The notes beneath the pieces were generated by a model. The model saw only the letters and a program-made list of their open reading frames with translations, ran no database searches and was not told the origin of the DNA. Below, one piece after another: positions 42,378-52,266 of a stretch of DNA of 64,000 nucleotides. The DNA comes from a bacterium (GTDB lineage Bacteria > Electryoneota > Electryoneia > Electryoneales > Electryoneaceae): positions 4,608,001 through 4,672,000 of the forward strand of contig OY769902.1 in NCBI GenBank assembly GCA_963669175.1. Reading direction: 5' to 3'. Made by a program: the position numbers and the translations under genes. Position 1 is the stretch's first letter. Each line of letters begins with the position of its first letter.

Positions 42378-42537
42378 ACACTCTCATCCCTGCGAAGGCA
42401 GGGATCCAGGCAAGTATCGACATTACTAGAAGTTGGATTCTCGTTTTACTAATAATGTACAACGCCTTGCGAGAGTTTTACACCTTTCATAATATTGTAG
42501 CATGACTGGATCCCAGCCTTCGCTGGGATGAGAGTGT
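42378..42537. repeat. 157-bp element, right copy
   Basis: acactctcatccctgcgaaggcagggatccag...ctggatcccagccttcgctgggatgagagtgt. Confidence 0.92.
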
Positions 42538-42666
42538 CGTTGATTCTTTTTTTAGTATTCACAATTCCTCTTGCATTCCGAGAATCGCTCAGAGGTATTG
42601 TCCATTATCTCATTCACCCTTATCCTCTATCCAGAACGTCAACGACAATCCAACAGCAAAGCGCTC

Positions 42667-43854
42667 ATGCACGAAGCCCTGATCCTCGACTCGGCCGGTA
42701 TCCTGTTTTTACTTGGTGGTAATGCTGCTTTCTGGTTTTTCCTTGAGAAGAAAACCGGATGGAAACTGTTCAACTTCATTCCGCCACTCCTTTTCATCTA
42801 CATCCTTCCGGCCTTCTTCTCCAATGTCCATTTTGGTGGTGTCAGCCTGATTCCGAACCATTCGCCGGTGTACTCATGGATGGGGGATTACCTGCTGCCC
42901 GTGTTTCTCGTCCTGATGTTGCTCAACGTGGACGTGGTCTCGACAGTGCGTGTTATGGGACGTGGTGTGTTTGTCATGCTGATCGGTACGCTGGGTGTGA
43001 TGGTAGGCGCTCCGGTTGCCCTGTTTATCGTGAAGGGCTGGCTCGGACCTGAAGCCTGGACCGGATACGGCGCCCTGGCGGGAAGCTGGATAGGTGGAAC
43101 CGGGAACATGGCAGCTATCCAGGAGATGGTCGGCACGCCCGGCGCAGAATTCGGGCTCGCGGTCATCGCGGACAACCTGGTCTACCTGGTCTGGCTGCCC
43201 ATTCTGCTGCAATCGAAGAACCTGGCAGGCTGGTTCAACAAGTTCACCGGAGTATCTGAGCAGAATCTGGAAAAGATGAAGGAGGAGGCGGAGAAGCTGG
43301 TCATCGACAAGGGCGCTCCCGCGATGCGTCACATTCTCTACCTGGTCGCGCTTGGTATGGGCGCAACATGGCTGGCCATCACGATCGCGAATGCCATCCC
43401 TACTATCGGCAATATTGTTACCGCATCGACCTATAAAATTCTGCTGGTCACCACCTTCGGGCTGGCGTTATCCTTCACCCCGGCACGCAAAATCCCGGCC
43501 TCCCACGAACTGGCCATGGCGCTGGTGTACCTGTTCGTGGCACGTATGGGCGCGAAAACCGATGTCGCCGGACTGGCCGGACAAGCGGTGCCATTTGTGG
43601 CGGGAGCGTATATATGGATCTTCATTCATGGCGCGTTCATCCTGCTCGCGGCCAAATTGTTCAAGATCGATATCCATACTGCGGCAATTTCCAGTGCAGC
43701 GAATATCGGTGGAGCGGCAAGCGCCCCGATCGTGGCGGCTTATCATAACGAGAAACTGGTGCCGGTAAGTGTACTGATGGCGCTGATCGGGTATGCTGTG
43801 GGAACCTATGCTGCGTATATCACAGCGTTACTTTGTCGATGGGTTTCACTATAG
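42667..43854 (+). CDS. DUF819-family membrane protein (putative transporter)
   Basis: LAGSWIGGTGN and SAANIGGAASAP motifs; about 11 TM helices. Confidence 0.85.
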   Translation: MHEALILDSAGILFLLGGNAAFWFFLEKKTGWKLFNFIPPLLFIYILPAFFSNVHFGGVSLIPNHSPVYSWMGDYLLPVFLVLMLLNVDVVSTVRVMGRGVFVMLIGTLGVMVGAPVALFIVKGWLGPEAWTGYGALAGSWIGGTGNMAAIQEMVGTPGAEFGLAVIADNLVYLVWLPILLQSKNLAGWFNKFTGVSEQNLEKMKEEAEKLVIDKGAPAMRHILYLVALGMGATWLAITIANAIPTIGNIVTASTYKILLVTTFGLALSFTPARKIPASHELAMALVYLFVARMGAKTDVAGLAGQAVPFVAGAYIWIFIHGAFILLAAKLFKIDIHTAAISSAANIGGAASAPIVAAYHNEKLVPVSVLMALIGYAVGTYAAYITALLCRWVSL

Positions 43855-43861
43855 TCGACGA

Positions 43862-44131
43862 TCAGTGTCCACGAATCATGCCTTGAATGACGGCTGTTAC
43901 CAAGCTGATCATTCCAGCAGCAAACATCACAATACTGAATCCATGTAAGCACCCCAACAGGAAGCTCTCCGCAGTAATCGCCAGAAGCGCAATGCCGAGA
44001 GAAATACCGCCAAGGATAAAAGCGAGGCCCGATAATCGAACAGGCATTACGGCCCCCAACCTGATCGAACCGGCAAAAAGCAAGAGAAGTAAACCAATCA
44101 CAATGGTTAACCAGGGAAAGGCATATAGCAT
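43862..44131 (-). CDS. Small hypothetical membrane protein
   Basis: Three hydrophobic helices; AGGGGG RBS. Confidence 0.5.
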   Translation of the reverse strand: MLYAFPWLTIVIGLLLLLFAGSIRLGAVMPVRLSGLAFILGGISLGIALLAITAESFLLGCLHGFSIVMFAAGMISLVTAVIQGMIRGH

Positions 44132-44295
44132 TTTATCCCCCTGAAGTATTATCGATAGATCCATGATAATCAATATTATCAATCTTTACAAGGAAGAGAA
44201 AACCCGGACACGAAAGTCCGGGTTGTAATGCACTCTATCAGGTTCGAAAACGGGGCAGGTTGACACTGATCAGCCTCCTGTTTTCGCGTCAATCG

Positions 44296-45204
44296 TTACA
44301 TGACCGCGCCCTTACCGGCGAAGAAGTTGACAACCTTGGTCGCCAGTTCGAAGCCGACACGGTTCTGTGCTTCGACCGTGCTGCCACCGACGTGTGGGGA
44401 CAACGAGATCTTCGGATGGTTCAGCACCTTTTCGTTGGCGGCCGGTTCCTTGGCGAACACGTCCAACGCCGCGCCCCACAGCTTTTCGCTGTCCAGCGCA
44501 TCTACCAACGCATCCTCATCCACCACACCACCACGTGCGCAGTCGATCAGGAACGCGCCGTCTTTCATCTTCGCGATGAAGGCAGCGTCCACGACCGGGG
44601 CGCCGGTGAACGGTACATGCAGCGACAGGAAGTCACACTTCGGCAGCATGCTGTCGATATCTTTGGTGAATTCAAACTCGGTTTCGACATCAACGATGTC
44701 ATAGCCGATAACCTTCATGCCCAGCGCCGTGGCTTTCTTCGCCAGGGACTGACCGATACGGCCAAAACCGACGATACCGAGGGTTTTGCCAGCCAGTTCG
44801 ATGCCCTTGTACTGCTTTTTGTTCCACTCGCCGTTACGCATGGTCACGTTGGAGATGAATACCCAGCGACTCAGCGCGAACATGTGCGCCAATGCCATTT
44901 CCGCTACGCTATCCGAGGAAGCGGCGGGGGTGTTCACGATTTCGATGCCCTTTTCCCTGGCATAGGCGACATCGATGTTATCCAGGCCAACACCACCACG
45001 GCCGACCAGCTTCAGGTTCGGGGAGGCGTCGATATGCTCGGTACGGACTTTTGTCGCGCTACGGACCAGAATCGCGTCGTAGTTCTTCAGTTCGTTGATC
45101 AGGTTGTCCTGCTCGACCTTGGTCATCTGCAATTCATGACCGGCGTCGCGGAGGATCTGCTCGCCTTGCTTCGAAATACCGTCGTTGACAAGAATCTTCG
45201 CCAT
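44296..45204 (-). CDS. serA: D-3-phosphoglycerate dehydrogenase (short type, no ACT domain)
   Basis: VRSATKV, GVGLDNID, GFGRIG, ARGG, SPHVGGST; adjacent to serC. Confidence 0.8.
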   Translation of the reverse strand: MAKILVNDGISKQGEQILRDAGHELQMTKVEQDNLINELKNYDAILVRSATKVRTEHIDASPNLKLVGRGGVGLDNIDVAYAREKGIEIVNTPAASSDSVAEMALAHMFALSRWVFISNVTMRNGEWNKKQYKGIELAGKTLGIVGFGRIGQSLAKKATALGMKVIGYDIVDVETEFEFTKDIDSMLPKCDFLSLHVPFTGAPVVDAAFIAKMKDGAFLIDCARGGVVDEDALVDALDSEKLWGAALDVFAKEPAANEKVLNHPKISLSPHVGGSTVEAQNRVGFELATKVVNFFAGKGAVM

Positions 45205-45238
45205 GATCTCTTCCTCTCTTCGGTTACTCGCATGCTTA

Positions 45239-45366
45239 ACAGGATATAAGGATGATAGGATGCCAAGGATAACTACTCAACATTTTGAAATGAAAAGATT
45301 TTGTATCACTTTGTCACTTCAAGAAATGTCTTTTATCCTTAATATCCTTTTATCCTATTATCCTGT
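45239..45366. repeat. Inverted pair of 9-bp-period AGGAT/ATCCT arrays
   Basis: acaggatataaggatgataggatgccaaggat ... atccttaatatccttttatcctattatcctgt. Confidence 0.7.
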
Positions 45367-45376
45367 GAGTCAATGA

Positions 45377-46474
45377 TCAACCGTTGTTGGCCATGAAGTC
45401 TTTCATGAACTCGACCAACGCCTTGATCGCTTCGGGCGAGGTGGCGTTGTACATCGAGACACGGCACCCACCGACACTGCGATGGCCCTTCAGACCGTTA
45501 AAGCCGGCTGCGCGACCATCCTTGATGAACTTGGCTTCGAGTTCTTCGTTCGGCAGACGGAAGCAGACATTCATGAAGCTACGGCTGTCTTCCGCGATCG
45601 GGCAGTTGTAATACCCATCGGACTCGTTCATGAAGCCGTAAAGAGTGTCCGCTTTTTCACGGTTCATCTTTTCCATACCGACCAGGCCGCCATTGGCTTC
45701 CACCCACTTCAGCACTTCACCCATGAAGTAAATACCGAAGGTGTTCGGGGTGTTGTACAGGCTGTCTTTTTCCGTATGGGTCGAATATTTCAACATGGTG
45801 ATCAGGCCGTCGGTCTTGGCGGTCTGGAGGAACTCGTCACGAAGCAGAACCAGGGTCACGCCTGACGGGCCGAGGTTCTTCTGGGCGCCGGCGTAGATCA
45901 TGGTGAACTTGTCCATGTCCAGCGGATGGCTCATGATATCCGAGCTGGCATCACAAAGCATCGGCACACCATTGGTCTCCGGGAAATCGAAGAACTGGGT
46001 GCCCTTGATGGTGTTGTTGCTGGTGATGTGGACGTACTTCGCATCGGCGGTCAGGTTCAGTTCGTCCTGCTTCGGCAGACGCTTGAACTCGACAGTGTTG
46101 CCGTCAAACGCGACGTTGACGTTACCGAACAGCTTGGCTTCCTTGATGGCCTTAGTGGACCAGGTGCCGGTGTTGATATAGTCGGCGGTGCCCCCCTGCA
46201 GGAAGTTCATCGGGATCATGCCGAACTGGGTGCTGGCGCCCCCCTGCAGGAACAGGACGTGCCAGGAATCATCCAAACCGAGCAGCTTCTTGATAAGCGC
46301 CTTGGTGTTGGCATGAATGGCATCGTACTCTTTGCCACGGTGACTCATCTCGAGCACGGCCATGCCCGCGCCTTCGTAGTTGAACCACTTCTCGTGAATC
46401 GCTTCCAAAGCTTCCAGCGGCACCGCTGCCGGGCCCGCGTTGAAGTTCCAAATCCGATCGTACTTCTGTGCCAT
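45377..46474 (-). CDS. serC: Phosphoserine aminotransferase
   Basis: NFNAGPA, EMSHR, LQGGAS, YAGAQKNLGPSG, GHRSVGG.R.S.YNA. Confidence 0.96.
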   Translation of the reverse strand: MAQKYDRIWNFNAGPAAVPLEALEAIHEKWFNYEGAGMAVLEMSHRGKEYDAIHANTKALIKKLLGLDDSWHVLFLQGGASTQFGMIPMNFLQGGTADYINTGTWSTKAIKEAKLFGNVNVAFDGNTVEFKRLPKQDELNLTADAKYVHITSNNTIKGTQFFDFPETNGVPMLCDASSDIMSHPLDMDKFTMIYAGAQKNLGPSGVTLVLLRDEFLQTAKTDGLITMLKYSTHTEKDSLYNTPNTFGIYFMGEVLKWVEANGGLVGMEKMNREKADTLYGFMNESDGYYNCPIAEDSRSFMNVCFRLPNEELEAKFIKDGRAAGFNGLKGHRSVGGCRVSMYNATSPEAIKALVEFMKDFMANNG

Positions 46475-46653
46475 GTAAAACCTCCCCAAATCTAGGGTTG
46501 ACGTTACTTTGTTTCGATCAGTTTATGTATCTGAATACTGCTGTACTGCCTTAATCACTCGCTCCGAAATCCTGCCTACTCCATCGAGCCATCACCGACT
46601 CAATGGCAATCATTCCAGAATACTGCAACTTGCCAACTTTTCAACTTCCAGAA

Positions 46654-46965
46654 TCAGCATATTTTCAGCCTGACAAACGAAGGATATATCGTAAAATAAA
46701 GAGAAAATACAACACCAAGAACCACAAGCTCCAGTACCAAATTCAAACCAAAACCGTCAAACAGGTTCAGCGCTTCGATCAACCTCCAGCTACCCTGAAT
46801 AACACCTATGGTGACGCTCACGTTGATTAAAAACAACCACCAACGGTTACTGATTTGCATCTTCGAACCGCATCCTTCACAACGTATGTTCGCGTCCCAC
46901 GTTGGCTTGGTCATCAACTCCAGATTGGATACGTTTTTACCGCATGACGGACATTTCGCGTGCAT
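46654..46965 (-). CDS. Zn-ribbon (CxxC-~20-CxxC) membrane protein, copy 1
   Basis: KCPSCG...RCEGCG followed by two TM helices. Confidence 0.7.
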   Translation of the reverse strand: MHAKCPSCGKNVSNLELMTKPTWDANIRCEGCGSKMQISNRWWLFLINVSVTIGVIQGSWRLIEALNLFDGFGLNLVLELVVLGVVFSLYFTIYPSFVRLKIC

Positions 46966-47015
46966 TTTTGCTCCCTCTAGACCTGATAGAAGAACATGGA
47001 TTCTATGCGATACAG

Positions 47016-47339
47016 TTACTGCTGTTCAATTTCCTTCAAAGGCGCAATTTTGTTCCCCACAAGCTCGTACAATATTGCCAATAGAACTGCGATAATCAGC
47101 GCCGTCAAACCCAATTCCTGCCAGTAACCAACCGCAGGGTCCAGCATGTCGATTACAATTCTGCTGGTAAATCCTGTGAGAAGGGCTATCGAACCAGCAA
47201 ACCAGAATGACCGGCTGGGTTTAGCTTCCTCCAGATCAGCCCCGCAACTGCGACATGTATACTTCGGCTTGATAGCAAATGTGAGAAATGATTGTTTTAT
47301 CGAAAGCTGTGTGCCGCATTTCGGACATTTCGGACGCAT
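47016..47339 (-). CDS. Zn-ribbon (CxxC-~20-CxxC) membrane protein, copy 2
   Basis: KCPKCG...TCRSCG followed by two TM helices; AAGGAGG RBS. Confidence 0.7.
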   Translation of the reverse strand: MRPKCPKCGTQLSIKQSFLTFAIKPKYTCRSCGADLEEAKPSRSFWFAGSIALLTGFTSRIVIDMLDPAVGYWQELGLTALIIAVLLAILYELVGNKIAPLKEIEQQ

Positions 47340-47550
47340 GATACCCTCCTTATCGACCTGCAACCATTGAAATTTCACAATTTCAAGGATCAACACCATT
47401 GTGTTCAAAATCTGTCAAGTCGCAGGGGGCGCCCCTCCCAGTGCGTTCCCCTGCAACTTCACAGCAAATCTATCATCTTCAAGATAAAGATCGGGTAACT
47501 ATTCCTTCTTTACCTTCTTTACCTTTTATACGTTCTTTACTTTCTTTACC

Positions 47551-48834
47551 TCATTCGCCGTCGTTCACCGGCGGTACATCGTCACGGTCGTCGATCAGGT
47601 GGCAGACAATTCCGCTACGCAGTTTCGGCTCGAACCAGGTTGACTTCGGCGGCATGATCATACCGGCATCGGCGATAGCCATAAGCTGCTCGATGGTGGT
47701 GGCGTGCATGCTGAAAGCAACAGTCATCTCGCCGTTGTTGACACGACGTTCCAGTTCTTCCAGCCCACGAATCCCACCGATGAAGTCGATACGGTCATCG
47801 GTACGTGGATCACCGATGCCCAGCACCGGGCTCAGCAGGTTGTTCTGCAGAATGGCCACGTCCAGGCTTTCAACCGGGTCGTTGGCATCGTATGTGGTCT
47901 CTTTTGCTTCCAGACGATACCACTGCTTGTCAAGATACATGCCGTTCAGCTTGGGACGTTCCGGATCAACCGGTTTGTCAGACTTGGACAGGTAGAACTT
48001 CTCTTCGACCTTCGCCAGGAATTCCTCTTTGCTCAAGCCGTTGAGGTCTGCAACTACACGATTGTAGGAGAGAATCTTGAGCTGGTCATGTGGAAAGAGC
48101 ACGGCCAGGAAAATGTTCCAGGGCTCGCTGCCATCCCAGTCCGGCTTGGCTTCACGACGGCGCTGGGCCAGGATATTGGCCGAAGCGCTACGGTGGTGAC
48201 CGTCGGCTACGTACAGCTCGGGAACCTGCTCGAACAGACGGGTGATCATCTCGATGCGCATCTTGGAGGAAATGACCCACAGGGTATGACGGATGCCGTC
48301 ATCCGCTTCGAAATCGTACACCGGGTCGGTTTCCATGATGGTCGCCAGTTCGGCGTCAATCTCAGGGCGAGCTTTGTAGGTAAGGAATACCGGGCCGACC
48401 TGGGCGCCCATGACGTCGATCAGCTTGATCCGGTCTTCTTCCTTGGCTTTACGAGTCAGTTCATGCTTCTTGATCTTGTCATCGATGTATTCCTGCACCG
48501 ATGCGCCGACCACGAGACCGACCTGCTTGTGATTGTATTTCACCCATTCCTGCGCATACAGATAAAAGCACGGGGCCGGATCACGACGTAGATGGCCGTC
48601 GGTGATGAACTTGTCCAGGTTTTCCCTGCCCTTATTATAGACAGCGTCATCATAAGGATTTGTTTCCGGGGGGAGATCTATTTCAGGCTTGTTGCAGTGC
48701 AGGAAAGATACCGGGTTGCCCTCTGCCATTTCCCGTGCTTCCTGGGAATTCAGTACATCATACGGCGGTGATGCGAGTTTTGCTGCGATATCTACGCGGG
48801 GACGTACCCCTTTGAACGGACGAATCTTCGCCAT
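47551..48834 (-). CDS. DUF1015-family protein
   Basis: PFKG.RP, PPYDV, IKKHELTR, ADGHHR, MPPKSTWFEPKLRSG; commonly found with serC/serA. Confidence 0.9.
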   Translation of the reverse strand: MAKIRPFKGVRPRVDIAAKLASPPYDVLNSQEAREMAEGNPVSFLHCNKPEIDLPPETNPYDDAVYNKGRENLDKFITDGHLRRDPAPCFYLYAQEWVKYNHKQVGLVVGASVQEYIDDKIKKHELTRKAKEEDRIKLIDVMGAQVGPVFLTYKARPEIDAELATIMETDPVYDFEADDGIRHTLWVISSKMRIEMITRLFEQVPELYVADGHHRSASANILAQRRREAKPDWDGSEPWNIFLAVLFPHDQLKILSYNRVVADLNGLSKEEFLAKVEEKFYLSKSDKPVDPERPKLNGMYLDKQWYRLEAKETTYDANDPVESLDVAILQNNLLSPVLGIGDPRTDDRIDFIGGIRGLEELERRVNNGEMTVAFSMHATTIEQLMAIADAGMIMPPKSTWFEPKLRSGIVCHLIDDRDDVPPVNDGE

Positions 48835-49094
48835 GATCAGTCTCCCTTTTCAATGGTACAACAAAGCCCACGCGCCTGTTGAAGTCCCCGCGAGGGCTAA
48901 GGTTCCGTTTTTCACAGAAAATCAGAATCGAACAGGCGTACCCATCCCTTTAAGGATCAACGGGTTCGCTGAAAAACCTTCCAAAGAGGGCAGAGTATCC
49001 CCTCAAGTGAGGAAAATACTTTGATTTGCGGGGTAGGGCAACCGTTCTCGAGCCCCCTTTTAGCGGTAACAAAAATAGCGCATGAAAACAGGCT

Positions 49095-49473
49095 GGGTGG
49101 CCCGACTCACAAGTGATGAAGTTGCCACTCTTGTTGCAGCAGAAATACTGTGATACGGTTACTTACAAAGACGCTACCTGGAGTGAGTCGGGATTGAGAC
49201 GCATCTCAAACTCTTCGCAAAGAAATAAAGCGATATCCTATCGCAATCCCGACTTTGCCTATCAACTTCTGATGGGAATGAAGATATGTTTCTTTTGCAT
49301 GTGTGATCAGGATATCCACATCATCACAAGGCAAAATCGGGCCACCCGGGCAAAGCGAGTTCCAGTCGCCCTGTCCCGAAGCGCTCAAGAACTTCATGTG
49401 AATCCCCAATGCGGTGAGAGTATTGATGCTGAAGCGATAGCGGAAGTTGCATCATTTGCGGTTCGGGCCACCC
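49095..49473. repeat. Cluster of three ~100-bp GGCCCGA-family elements
   Basis: Units 49095-195 (fwd), 49245-350 (rev) and 49374-473 (rev), bounded by GGGTGGCCCGA and TCGGGA. Confidence 0.7.
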
Positions 49474-49500
49474 TGACTGGGTTCATTTATAATGGTCGTT

Positions 49501-49674
49501 TGGCCCGACTGCTTGCTGTCGGGTGGTCATAGTCGCCTGGCCCGACTGCTTGCTGTCGGGTGTCATAGTCGCCTGGCCCGACTGCTTGCTGTCGGGTGTC
49601 ATAGCCGTTTGGCCCGACTGCTTGCTGTCGGGTGTCATAGCCGCTTGGCCCGACTGCTTGCTGTCGGGTGTCAT
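49501..49674. repeat. Five tandem 36-bp palindromic units
   Basis: tggcccgactgcttgctgtcgggtgtcatag(t/c)cg.. starting at 49501, 49538, 49574, 49610 and 49646. Confidence 0.95.
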
Positions 49675-49761
49675 CAGGTCAGTCGTTTCAACAAAACCCA
49701 TCCCCGGGTGCCAGCACCCGGGCCACGCGATCACGTAGTGGTTGCCCAACAAGACTGAATC

Positions 49762-52194
49762 CTATTCATCCCTCACCAGATTGGCCGGGTTCAAATGTGC
49801 GATTCGCCAGACCAGTCCACCTGCCACCAGCAGCGCCACAAACAGGGCCACAAATCCGGCTGATACAAACGGCACCGGGGTTAGCGAAACACGATAGGCG
49901 AAATTCTCGATCCAGCGATTCGCGATAATCCAGGCCACTGGCAAGGCGATCACATTTGCCAGGATAACAATCAAGGAAAGCTCACGTGTCAGCAGCGTCA
50001 TCAACTGCACCGTTTCAGCGCCAAGAACCTTACGGATGCCAATCTCCTTGGTCCGTTGTTCCACCTGAAGAAGTGTTACACCAAGCACGCCCAGCAGCGC
50101 AATCAAAATTGCCAATCCTGACGCCCAGTTCAGGATGCCATTCCAGCGGCGTTCTTCCCGATACATGGTATCGATGGAATCATCCAGGAACTGGAACGAA
50201 TACGGCCAGCGTGGGGATACTTCCGGCCACAGGTTTTCGATTCGTTGCATGGTTTCCACAATCCGGTCTGGCGCAAGACGTATGAAGATAAAATTGAGAC
50301 CGAATTCATAATTTGCCGCCAGACCAATTGTCACCGAAGTAAAGATGCTGTGATCCTGCACGATCGCAAGCGGGGCGATGGATTCATGCAGCGGGGCAAA
50401 ATGGAAATCTTTCACTATCCCGATGATCTCATTCGGCCCATACCCGGGTATGGTTTGCCCGATTACAGAATCCCAGCCGAATACTTCCGCACCCAGCTTT
50501 TTCGCGAATGTTTCATTAATAATCACGCCCTCGCTTTTATCGGTTGCGATGGAATCAGTAAAACCACGTCCTTCAACGATTTCCATATCAAAAGTCGAAA
50601 GAAAATCCGGGGCGACCATGGTGGCGCCCATCGCGTACATTTCACCATTGTAACTGCCGAAAATTGTGTTCCAGGATTCGTTAAACGGCGCTGTAGCGGC
50701 TGTAATGGATACAATCCCAGGGTCCGTACCAAGTTGGTTCATTATCCTCTCATATACGGCCGCCCCCTGGGATAATGCGGGAAAGACAACAACCTGATCG
50801 CCCTTGTAGCCAAGGTTCTTGCGAGCGATATAGCGTAACTGGCTGCCCATGACAAACGTAATCGCGACCAGTGAAATGGCGATGGTGAATTGCGCGAACA
50901 CCAGTACTTTGCGGATACGGCCACGCCCCCCGACCTTCAACGCCCCAATCAGGGAGCTGATGATCGGGAATCCGGACATGACCTGCGCGGGATATCCACC
51001 TGCCGCGAAAGTTAGGATCGCCCATAAAACAATAAGGGCAAGGTTGGTAATCCAATCATAATGGATAGCTAATTCCGTATCCGCCAGACGGCTGAATGAG
51101 GGCAGGAAGAGCTCCGACAAGACAATTCCGCACAACAGCGAGACACCAACAAGCAACCCGTTCTCTACCCAGAACTGATGCTTGAGTTGGGAACGGAATG
51201 CGCCCATCACCTTGCGTACTCCAATCTCGCGTGTTCGTCGTGACGCCACCCCGATTGACATCGTGGTAACATTGATACAAGCCAGCGCAAGAATGGCAAG
51301 GGTGATGCAGGCAAGGATGATCGATGCTGTAGAATCTGTATCATGGTATATGAAATGCACACTTTCTTCAAATGGCAGCCGCATATGAATGGCGTTCAAT
51401 GGTTGCAGGAAGAAATAGAGTTGCCGCCCCTTCTGCTCCGTAATTCCCAAGTCATCCAGCAAAGCCCGCAGACTCTTCTCCGCTTGTTCTGCGCTGACAC
51501 CCTGTTCCAGCAGGACATACGTTTGCAGTACTTGCGCTCCCCAGTGCTTCCACCCCCACTTGTCAAGGTAATAGGTCTGCATAAGATGCCACGGCAACAG
51601 CACATCCCCCTGCAACCTGCTGTTGGCCGGGAATGGTTTCATCACCGCGCCAATGGTGACAGGCACATATTCTTCCGCATACTGGATCTGGAAAGTCTTC
51701 CCGATAGCCTCGCTGTTGCTGCCAAAATGCTTTTCAGCGAAGTCCCTCGATACCACCACATGATTCGGCGTGGCAAGAGTGTGCATCCCGTCACCTTCCA
51801 GCACAGGAACGGTAAAAATGGAAAACAGCGATGAGTCGGCATAGATGACATTGGTATTGAACAGATCGTTATCCAGTTTCAGTATCTGTTCGCGCTTGTC
51901 CATACGTACCATCGCTTCGAAACCGGGCACCTGCCCTTCGACAGTCTGGTAAAAGAGTTCCGGGGTATTGCTGCTGTACATGGGGTCATAGTCGCCGTAA
52001 TGTGATTCCGTATTCACACGGCAAATACGGGAGGAGTTTTCATTAAAACGATCCCAGGTCCATTCAAAACGCAGGTATTGAAATAGAAGCAGACAACAGG
52101 CAATGGCAATGGAAAGACCAATCACATTCATCAGCGTGTTCAGCTTGAACCGCCACAGCATCCGTATCGCAACCACCAGGTGATTCTTCAGCAT
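49762..52194 (-). CDS. ABC transporter permease (duplicated MacB/FtsX type)
   Basis: MLKNHL..A.R.L; FLQPL..IH; RTREIGVRKVMGA; RTKEIGIRKVLGA; NPANLVRDE. Confidence 0.92.
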   Translation of the reverse strand: MLKNHLVVAIRMLWRFKLNTLMNVIGLSIAIACCLLLFQYLRFEWTWDRFNENSSRICRVNTESHYGDYDPMYSSNTPELFYQTVEGQVPGFEAMVRMDKREQILKLDNDLFNTNVIYADSSLFSIFTVPVLEGDGMHTLATPNHVVVSRDFAEKHFGSNSEAIGKTFQIQYAEEYVPVTIGAVMKPFPANSRLQGDVLLPWHLMQTYYLDKWGWKHWGAQVLQTYVLLEQGVSAEQAEKSLRALLDDLGITEQKGRQLYFFLQPLNAIHMRLPFEESVHFIYHDTDSTASIILACITLAILALACINVTTMSIGVASRRTREIGVRKVMGAFRSQLKHQFWVENGLLVGVSLLCGIVLSELFLPSFSRLADTELAIHYDWITNLALIVLWAILTFAAGGYPAQVMSGFPIISSLIGALKVGGRGRIRKVLVFAQFTIAISLVAITFVMGSQLRYIARKNLGYKGDQVVVFPALSQGAAVYERIMNQLGTDPGIVSITAATAPFNESWNTIFGSYNGEMYAMGATMVAPDFLSTFDMEIVEGRGFTDSIATDKSEGVIINETFAKKLGAEVFGWDSVIGQTIPGYGPNEIIGIVKDFHFAPLHESIAPLAIVQDHSIFTSVTIGLAANYEFGLNFIFIRLAPDRIVETMQRIENLWPEVSPRWPYSFQFLDDSIDTMYREERRWNGILNWASGLAILIALLGVLGVTLLQVEQRTKEIGIRKVLGAETVQLMTLLTRELSLIVILANVIALPVAWIIANRWIENFAYRVSLTPVPFVSAGFVALFVALLVAGGLVWRIAHLNPANLVRDE

Positions 52195-52266
52195 ACTTCC
52201 CCCGCACTGCTATTGGACCGGTACTCTCAGGAAAACCTGGATACTGCCTGTCTGGAATGAAGTGTC

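Noticed and set aside
49501-49674. 36-bp palindromic repeats as a CRISPR array
   Set aside because: The units are directly adjacent, with only a few variable bases and no unique spacers; no cas genes are in the window; the same motif occurs dispersed as a REP-like element.
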